NCBI RefSeq assembly: GCF_001194135.2
Contig: NC_069000.1
Coordinates: 32,400,876 to 32,460,855, forward strand
Direction of reading: 5' to 3'
DNA: 59,980 nt
Origin: Octopus bimaculoides
Taxonomy: Eukaryota
Below are positions 51,227-59,980 of this stretch, one piece after another. A program made the translations under genes and the position numbers. The notes under the pieces were generated by a model. It worked only from the letters and a program-made list of their open reading frames with translations. It was not told the origin of the DNA and did not search any database. How positions within the stretch are numbered: the first letter of the stretch is position 1; each line of letters opens with the position of its first letter.

Positions 51227-51632
51227 GTAATACCAGAACGCCTCAACCCTGAAGCGAACTTGTCATCTGTTATTCTATCTACTTCTTCGTCTAAGAAGAA
51301 AAATTGCATATAAATATAAAACGGCATGTTAGGAAAATGTTTTCATAAGAAAAATAATGTCGTAATGACATTCTGCTTAAAACTTCTGCTTAAAATAATA
51401 GTTTAACTCAGGTGTTATATAACTGTCAGATCTATTTTTGTGAAATATAACACCAAATATATCATACTGTCACGAGGCCATTATTGCACTTAGTCTTGTT
51501 GCTGTTGTTGCTATAATTGTTATTGAAGTCGATGGATGATGGAATTGGTAAACTGTCAGATGTAATACGTATGATTTATTTAGCCTTACTTCATTACGTT
51601 TTAAGTTGAAATTCTTTCGGGGACGACCTCAC

Positions 51633-51812
51633 CTTGGCATAGAGCAGTGTAGGGCAGAGTTGACAGGGAAATATACAAAATGTTTTGTTGTATATATTCT
51701 CATAATTTTATTCAACAAGTCGAATATCTTATCTTGGTTAACTACTCGTGAATTCAAATTCCATCCCAACATCTTTATCAGCCTCGGTTTCAAGATCATA
51801 GAAAATAGGTAC
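51633..51812 (-). CDS. Candidate 180-nt internal exon (phase 2-2), unidentified product
   Basis: Acceptor catttgacag| and donor AAG|gtgagg enclose the open frame YLFSMILKPRLIKMLGWNLNSRVVNQDKIFDLLNKIMRIYTTKHFVYFPVNSALHCSMP. No homology recognised; it could be chance. Confidence 0.28.
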
Positions 51813-52149
51813 CTGTCAAATGTTGATGTTGAAGATTGATAATAAAATTAATGGTTCTTACCGGCTCTCAATGATTCTTTCACTCAAACCATGTAGTCTT
51901 GTGTCCCTTTCAGAGTCAGTGGAGTCGATTAAGCTAATTATGTCTTGCCTGTGGCCCCATTAATTCTTGTGGTGATCTTGCAGTATTATTAAAGTGGTAG
52001 ACAAAATTCTTTGATTGTATGTATTGCGAGTCTTTACAGTTTGAGTTTTAATCCCTTAAATGTAAACTTATCCTATCTTAAGATGGCAGCATAAACACAT
52101 GTCATATACTGATGTCATTATAATCGAATGCTTCTTTTTGTTTTACCCG

Positions 52150-52655
52150 CCTACTGCATAATAGCAGAATCGTTAATGAGACGGAGAAAATGTCCGGCAG
52201 TATTTGTTCCAGCTCATTACTCACCGAGTTCAAATCCTAGTGATGCCAAATGTATCTTTCATCTTTTGAAAAGTAATAATTAAAAACTAGAGTGGGTTTA
52301 TTCGAGTAACTCATCGCTCCGAATATGCAACTTTGTTCTTAAGTTAGAAATCCATTTTTAGCATCGTTACTGTATCCAATCAAATGCATGCAGTAATATG
52401 TTGCAACACCTTTTAAGTTTCGAGATCAAAGCACAGCGATGTCGAATTTTCCATTCATTCCTGGTCGATAAAATAAGTATCAGTCAAATACTGGGGGCGA
52501 ATATAATCGTCTTACTCGTCACCTTAAAACCTCCTGGCCCATTATTATATTAGTGTCGCAGAATTGCTACAGTATCTGACAAAATGTTCCCAGTACAAAA
52601 CACGCAGAGGTCGACTTTGCCTTTTATCCTTCCAAGGTCGATAAATTAAGTACCA
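52150..52655 (+). mobile_element. Cluster of three degenerate SINE family 2 fragments
   Basis: Repeated motifs GCAGAATCGTTA, GAGTTCAAATCC, GGTCGATAAAATAAGTATCAG and GAGGTCGACTTTGCCTTT..GGTCGATAAATTAAGTACCA. Confidence 0.7.
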
Positions 52656-53849
52656 ATCAACAAATTTAACAATGCGTATAGACCTCTGAGATGCTACTGT
52701 TCTACTTTATCCGCTCGGTTTGACTCGTCTAAGCAATATCCGGGACGTGGTTGGTAAAAGCGATTATAAACATCCTCTCTGCGGAAGCATTTAATCGAAT
52801 ATTTGCTTCCGACAGAACTTATGATAGATATCAATAATGATATTATTGGTTGTCTCACATTTGTAGATATGGTGTGCATAAGAAATTATGATTGCATTTG
52901 TATCAAAAATATCACATTGAATCAGTAACTCTCTCTCTCTCTCTCCCTCCATCTTATTTTTCACTCCCTTTCCCACAACTTCCCATTCTATCTATTCAAC
53001 AATCTTATATAATACATATATATATGCATACATATATACTTATATATATATATATATATAATGTATTTCTATTATCCTCTAAATCTATTAATGTAGCAGC
53101 ACTTTTGTTATTTTTAAGATTTCAAGATGTCTTCATAAGATGTGAACTACTTCGGACTAAAATAAGATTACATCATACTATATCACAATTAATTTCCCTC
53201 CAAACTTTATCTATTTTTTCCTTTTTACCCTTCTCCTCCTTACAGCACGATCAGTCAACGGATCTTTACATCTATCTCTCTATTTCTTCTGCCCATGTAT
53301 CTATCTATCCATCAATCTATTTATATAGCTACAAGTTTTTCTATCCTTCCCGTCTCCTCCAATTTACAATCAGCAGAGATAGCTGTTGCCTTATTAACGT
53401 ATTTCAAGATGTCATTATAGATATGATGTGAAACCTAAAATATGATTATATCATACGAATAACATCTGTCTACCTCTCCCTCTCGCACTTATTCTCTATC
53501 TTTGTATGTATGTATGTATGTATGTATGTATGTATGTATTATGCATGCATGTATGTATGTATGTATGTATTATGCATGTATGTATGTATGTATGTATGTA
53601 TCTATCTATCTATCGATTTATTAAAACATTTGTCTATGTCAATTTCTACATTCATACATGCATATATAATGCATTTATATATACGCATATTTATATAAAT
53701 GTATGTATGCTTCTACACACACACACATATATGCATACATGTAAGATCTTTATCTAGCCTTTTCTTACAGCTTATTATTCTTTTGTGTGTTGTTTAATAT
53801 ACTTCAGTATGTGTGTAGCCATGTACGTTAGTGTATATATGTACGTTAA

Positions 53850-53884
<35 letters not shown>

Positions 53885-55910
53885 CGTTTATTTTTCCTTA
53901 TATGTGTGTTCATGTGCGTCTGTGTCTGTGTGTATGCGTGTGTGTGTGTGTGTGTGCGCGCGCGCATTCGTGCTTGCTTGCGTGCGTTTATGTGTGTATG
54001 TTTATTCCTCCATTTAGCTTCTATAAATAAAGTGCCATCAGCGTGGTCCTTCGCTCTCTACACTGGAGTGTTGTCCTGAGTGCACCAGAAGTGATGCATC
54101 TTTCGGACATTGATCTCCGCAATATTACTGTTTCGCTAGCCGCTACTACAACGGGTTGCTATACTAAGTAACTCCTCTAATGTTACTAACTTCTTTCGTT
54201 AACCTGAAATAACCTCGCCTCCAACAACATTTAAAGCTAGAATTTATCTCATAACACATGAACCCATCCTCCACCGTCCACCGTCTTGCCCTTTATTCAT
54301 TTGCTTCCTACTCTTCCACTAAGAATGACCATGTATTCACATCCATGATAACCACGTGACTTAAGGGTCATTGACAAGGCAAAAGAGACAGCATCGATGT
54401 CGCTTTCACCAGATGAATGGGATTTGTTTAGTGAATGAGAAAACAAAGCAGCATCATTTTCTTTTTCTCATCCACTAACACCTTTCAGTCAACTGCCACA
54501 ATCAACACCCAACAAACACCGCGAACGAATGTAGACTTTCTGCCTCCTTCCATTTGAGACCTCTTTCAAAATTTTTAACATTTCCTCTGCCGCGCCTATT
54601 ATGCTTCCTGATTTGCGCAACCTTATTATTATACTTATATTGTCACTGATATAGTTTTGCGTTTTTACTGCTGTTGTTTTCGTTTGTTTACTTTTTAAAT
54701 TTGTTGTTTCTTATTTTATTAGTCGTGCCATATAAATATACCTGTTCGTGCTTCTTAAATCTTTTCATCGCTAGCTCGAGACACATTCATTTATTTTATC
54801 GCTAGTTCGATAGTTCTTTCCTTGTTTTATTTTCTATTATTATGTGTAAATAGTAATGATTATTCCTTATTTCACTTGAGTTACCTGGCTAAATTTAAAT
54901 TCTGCATTATATAAAGTAACAACTTTCGCATTATACTCTTATTCACAATTGAATTCTTGGTCAATTTAATTCTACCAGTTTTTATAGTTTACATCTTAAA
55001 AAAAAATATTTTATATGTCTTTACCGCCACACTTATTCGCTCATTAATATAATCTTTGTTCTTTATAGCTTGATTTTTGTTTCCATTTTAAATTTATTTT
55101 GTTATTGTTGATCCTGTTCTTTCTGTTCTAAAAGATATATAAAATGGATTCTTAAAGATTTTCTCCATTTCTTTGAAGAGAAATTTTAATAGCAGAAATA
55201 ATTTGCATATTATAAAGAAGATGGAATAAATTTTGCGTAACCTGCTTTTAACATAGAGGTCGTTTTAATGGCTGATATTGTTAATTAGTTCGATACTCTA
55301 ATATACGTATAGTACTTTTGAAAATCATTATCATTTTAACTTTCACGTTTTCATGTTTTCATGAGTCAGGCGAAATACTTTAAGACATATTTTGTACAAG
55401 ACGGTCTTTCTATTAATAATATTCATCCGTTTCCAAGTAGTGTAATATAAGCATGTTATCATGGAAGATAGCATACGAGCGAAGACAGTGTCACTCTTTC
55501 TACAAGCATGATGGGATACGAAGATACGGCCCACAAAAATCAAACCAGACAAATACGCAAACATACACTTGTACACATATGCAGGTAAACACACGGACAT
55601 ACACACGCACATACACACACACATACACACGCGTGTGGTGCATGTGTATGTGTGATTGTGTATGTATGCATGCAGCTACTACGTGGTGTGTGCATATTTG
55701 TACATATATTATACGTAAAAATATGCATATGTGAGTATATATACGCATATATATATACATAAACACATATATATATATACGCATGTATATATACATAGAC
55801 ACATATATGTATCTCGTAAACATATTTCGGTATATATCTATCTAAGTCACTCGTCCTCTCTCTGTATATATATACACACACACACGCACACATATGAATA
55901 TATCTGTACA

Positions 55911-56215
55911 GGACGTCACGGACTGTGTAAACAACAGGAAGTACAAAAACAAACGAGTTAAATTACGCAAACAGCAAGAGAAAAAAAGCAAAAACACAGA
56001 GAATGATCCTTCATCAGTTGTCAGCTGTCTACCTACTCCTCATTTCGAGCATTCAACGACAATATGAGTCTTCGAAGACAGTTGCTCGCATAAATGCCAA
56101 AAAAAAATTTTGGATTTTATGGAGGGTCAAAGTTGGGAACAAAAGCAGGACAGTGCGGACATACAAGGAAATTGAAAGAAAACAAACATGAAAAGTCGTT
56201 AGACCAGAACTCGTT
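55911..56215 (+). mobile_element. Unclassified dispersed repeat (copy 2)
   Basis: Collinear homology to the reverse complement of 36960-37272. Confidence 0.75.
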
Positions 56216-56381
56216 ATACGAATAACAAGCACGCACATACACAGATAAGTAGATAGATATTAAGAAATACACATGTACATGTATGAATACACACAAAAAC
56301 TCACAAAGACAGGACAAATTTCAAATGCATAATATAAATGCATGAGCGTATGTTGCTGTACATTTATGTATGTGTGTATAG

Positions 56382-56418
<37 letters not shown>

Positions 56419-56926
56419 NNNNNNNNNNNNNNNNNNNNNNNNNNNNNNNNNNNNNNNNNNNNNNNNNNNNNNNNNNNNNNNNNNNNNNNNNNNNNNNNNN
56501 NNNNNNNNNNNNNNNNNNNNNNNNNNNNNNNNNNNNNNNNNNNNNNNNNNNNNNNNNNNNNNNNNNNNNNNNNNNNNNNNNNNNNNNNNNNNNNNNNNNN
56601 NNNNNNNNNNNNNNNNNNNNNNNNNNNNNNNNNNNNNNNNNNNNNNNNNNNNNNNNNNNNNNNNNNNNNNNNNNNNNNNNNNNNNNNNNNNNNNNNNNNN
56701 NNNNNNNNNNNNNNNNNNNNNNNNNNNNNNNNNNNNNNNNNNNNNNNNNNNNNNNNNNNNNNNNNNNNNNNNNNNNNNNNNNNNNNNNNNNNNNNNNNNN
56801 NNNNNNNNNNNNNNNNNNNNNNNNNNNNNNNNNNNNNNNNNNNNNNNNNNNNNNNNNNNNNNNNNNNNNNNGACGTAGGTATGCACATACCTGTACGTAT
56901 ATATGTGTATACTCATTTATTATTTG

Positions 56927-56959
<33 letters not shown>

Positions 56960-57147
56960 TATAAATGGTTTTACCGATAAGGTTTTTTCATACTGAGCTA
57001 CCCGGCAAAATTGTTAATTATTAATTTTATTACTAATTGACGATTCCCTGCCCTATATCTATCTATATATATACATACACACATATATATAACTATATAA
57101 TATAAATATCTATTTCTTCTTATATTCTTATCTATCTCTCCATCTCC

Positions 57148-57194
<47 letters not shown>

Positions 57195-57592
57195 TCTTCT
57201 CTCTTTATCCTTCTATCTCTCTCTTTCTCTCACCTCTCACTCGCTACTTCTTTCTATCCCACTATCTCGTTTCTCTTTCTCTATCTACCTTTCCTGTGTG
57301 TTTTCGTATATTCAATATCTGATCCCTGACATTATATCTGTAATTACATGAGGCAACTACATATTACATGTTTTCTTTTTTCTTTTGCTACTCTATTTCA
57401 TGTCCATTACGATGTGTTTGCCTTTCTCTGGCCTCTTGCAGCATAAATCACATCTGATAGGTTCATTATTAGTCTTCCGCTAAAACAACGCAAACCCTAT
57501 GCGTATGAGTTCTCCGTATGCTTTAATACAACCGACAAACAGCCGAACACATTTTACAACATAACATCACCATATTATTGTCATTCTTGTTG

Positions 57593-57950
<358 letters not shown>

Positions 57951-58263
57951 GTTATATGTTTGACTTTTGCTTTCCATTTGTACAAGTTGGCTCCAAATCT
58001 CACCCAGAGACCTCAAGAGACAACAAGTTAGAAGATCAAGCTGGTGTAATGCTTAGGGTGCTATATATTTGGATTTGCACATAGTATTGTTCTAGAGAAT
58101 GTTTAAGAAAACAAGAAAACTATAAGTTTGTTTTAAAATTTGAGATTACATAGACAGTATTTAACGTAGGACATAGGCAGTTCCCATGAGCACTATTTTT
58201 TTAATTTCTGCCACTTTTTGATTTCCTGGTAGCTGAGCAAGGAAGCAATCATCCCCTTTAGCT
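57951..58263 (-). mobile_element. 3' end of an R4/Dong-like RLE LINE with (AAT)n tail
   Basis: Minus strand AKGDDCFLAQLPGNQKVAEIKKIVLMGTAYVLR*ILSM* is the C-terminal QK..L.GTA.ILR motif. A 3' UTR follows, ending in (AAT)n. Confidence 0.82.
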
Positions 58264-58297
58264 ATTATTATTACTATTATTATTATTATTATTATTA

Positions 58298-58350
58298 ATA
58301 GTAGTAGTAGTAGTAGTAGTAGTAGTAGCAGCAGCAGCATTAGTAGTAGC

Positions 58351-58416
<66 letters not shown>
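58298..58416. repeat. (TAG)n microsatellite with (CAG) interruptions
   Basis: Read directly. Confidence 0.96.
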
Positions 58417-58417
<1 letters not shown>

Positions 58418-58822
58418 AGACAGTGAGCTGGCCGGATCGTGAGCACACCGGGCAAAATGCGTAGCATCTTTACGTTCTGATTTCAAATTCCGTCGAGTGT
58501 GACATAGTCTTTCATCCTTTTGAAGTCGATAACATAAGTTCCAGTGAAGCACTGGCGTCGGTTTAATCCACTTGACCCCTTCGCCCTAAACTGCTGCCTT
58601 ATGCCGAAATTCGAAGCCATTATGTTAAAAGAACAGCAAGTTGGCGTACTGATTCCGCCGGCCAATATGCTTACCGGTATTTCGTTCGTCTTTATGTTCT
58701 CAGTCCAAATTACCCTTAGGTAGACTTTGTCTTTGGTCCTTTCTGGGTCGATAAAATAAGTACCAGACTAGGGTCGATGTAATCTACTTACACCCTCCTA
58801 TGAAATTGCTGGACTTGTACTA
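58417..58822 (+). mobile_element. Two tandem SINE family 2 copies
   Basis: Copies at about 58417-58570 and 58636-58822 both carry the head (AAAATGC.TA.C), B-box-like TCAAATT and GTCGATAA.ATAAGT.CCAG body motifs. Confidence 0.78.
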
Positions 58823-58850
58823 ACATCCTCATCATCATTATTATTATTAT

Positions 58851-59305
58851 TGAGTGAGAGAGCAGTGTATGCAACAAAAGTGACGCTGGGGTAAAATATA
58901 CGAAGTCCAGTATACCCATCATGACTACCCGTCTGATAAGGGTACACCAGACTCGTGCATCACAACCATATGTGCGCGACATGGCGATCTCACATGAAGA
59001 TAAGGATGTAGAACGAAACGCCCATGTTTCCAGAGGTGAATTATTCAAACCCCAAAGAATTGCTCTCAACACATGACTATGATTCTCCCGCACTACTTCT
59101 GCGCGTGTACTTCAGAGAAGTACATTTCGTCAGCCACTAATGGACATGCTCAACTGGCTGAGGTCAAACAGCTAACAAGCAAATCTGTGGTACTGAGCAG
59201 AATATTTGCTGTAGCCCATCTTTTATACCAAGACAAAACATGTACATGATAACAGTTCCAATCAGTTGAGATTAAAATCCATGAGAGCCGTGCCTGGTAC
59301 TGCAT
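58851..59305 (-). mobile_element. Non-coding retroposon-like repeat with (AAT)n tail
   Basis: A complex ~455-bp segment flanked by (ATT)n on both sides; the minus strand ends CTCTCACTC-(AAT)n. I recall it as an abundant octopus repeat, but only one copy is visible here. Confidence 0.5.
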
Positions 59306-59319
59306 TACTATTATTATTA

Positions 59320-59388
<69 letters not shown>

Positions 59389-59396
59389 TTATTTAT

Positions 59397-59705
59397 TGTC
59401 TGAGCACAACAGCTAACACTGGAGATGTACTACGGTGTCAGCTGTTCACTACCAGTGACTAAGGTAACACACCTTATTTTTCCAGCACCATCTGGATTAT
59501 TCGTGCGGTTCCAAGCATTGCTGTTTTCTGCAACTACCCACCCCCCGCTTATGGCAGCTCCTATTTGTTCCATCAAGATTTTTACTCACTGTACCCATGG
59601 CTCCGACAATTAATGTTACTACCACCACCTTTTTCATCGACTACAACTGCTTAACCTCCCACGCTAACCAGTCATATCTATCGAATTTCCTTTCTTTCTT
59701 ACCGC
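59397..59705 (-). mobile_element. 3' end of a second R4/Dong-like RLE LINE subfamily
   Basis: Minus strand KKERKFDRYDWLAWEVKQL*SMKKVVVVTLIVGAMGTVSKNL / MEQIGAAI / LQKTAMLGTARIIQMVLEK*, followed by a short UTR and (AAT)n. Confidence 0.88.
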
Positions 59706-59725
59706 ATTATTATTATTATTATTAT

Positions 59726-59980
59726 TGTTCAGTAGTTTTATTTTTATAACGTGCTTTCACTTCACTACCGAGCGCAGCTCTGTGCGCCTTGGGTATGTGC
59801 TGTGGTTTGCTGTGGTGCTCTTATGTTTACTGTATTGAAAGTGTTTTGCGTAGAATGTGTGCAGTACCCAGTAGTTCAATTTTCTGTATGTTATATATAT
59901 TTGTAAGTCCTGGTATTTTTGTTATGTATTTGTTTGAATATTTTTTAATTATACCTAAGGCACCTACTATGATAGGAATT
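59726..59980 (-). mobile_element. 3' end of a third R4/Dong-like RLE LINE subfamily (runs off window)
   Basis: Minus strand IPIIVGALGIIKKYSNKYITKIPGLTNIYNIQKIELLGTAHILRKTLSIQ* is intact over the visible part, followed by a UTR and (AAT)n. Confidence 0.9.

Noticed and set aside
54030-54600. Complex segment that may be an old LINE fragment
   Set aside because: No diagnostic motif was recoverable by eye in any frame.

Overview
This is AT-rich, microsatellite-saturated eukaryotic DNA from a gapped short-read assembly, with about 25 N-runs that are almost all flanked by simple repeats. The repeat families and TTAGGG arrays resemble a cephalopod (Octopus-like) genome; that is my inference, not a database result. 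There are no prokaryotic operons, CRISPR arrays, rRNA genes or true tRNA genes, and nearly all ORFs in the supplied track are N-run or microsatellite artefacts. The window is mostly intronic/intergenic and holds: at least four tRNA-derived SINE families; three mariner relics; several fold-back (MITE-like) elements; RLE-type LINE remnants (HERO-like and R4/Dong-like); a Penelope-like GIY-YIG fragment; and an APE-type LINE relic. One reasonably supported host exon (3354-3687, minus strand) encodes an unrecognised coiled-coil segment. The most striking structures are: (1) a 598-bp palindromic element with a perfect 8-bp target-site duplication and an inverted telomeric core, inserted into a SINE B-box; (2) a mariner whose 3' half is replaced by an inverted copy of its own 5' end; (3) a same-strand train of retroelement 3' ends, each embedded in (TAA)n.
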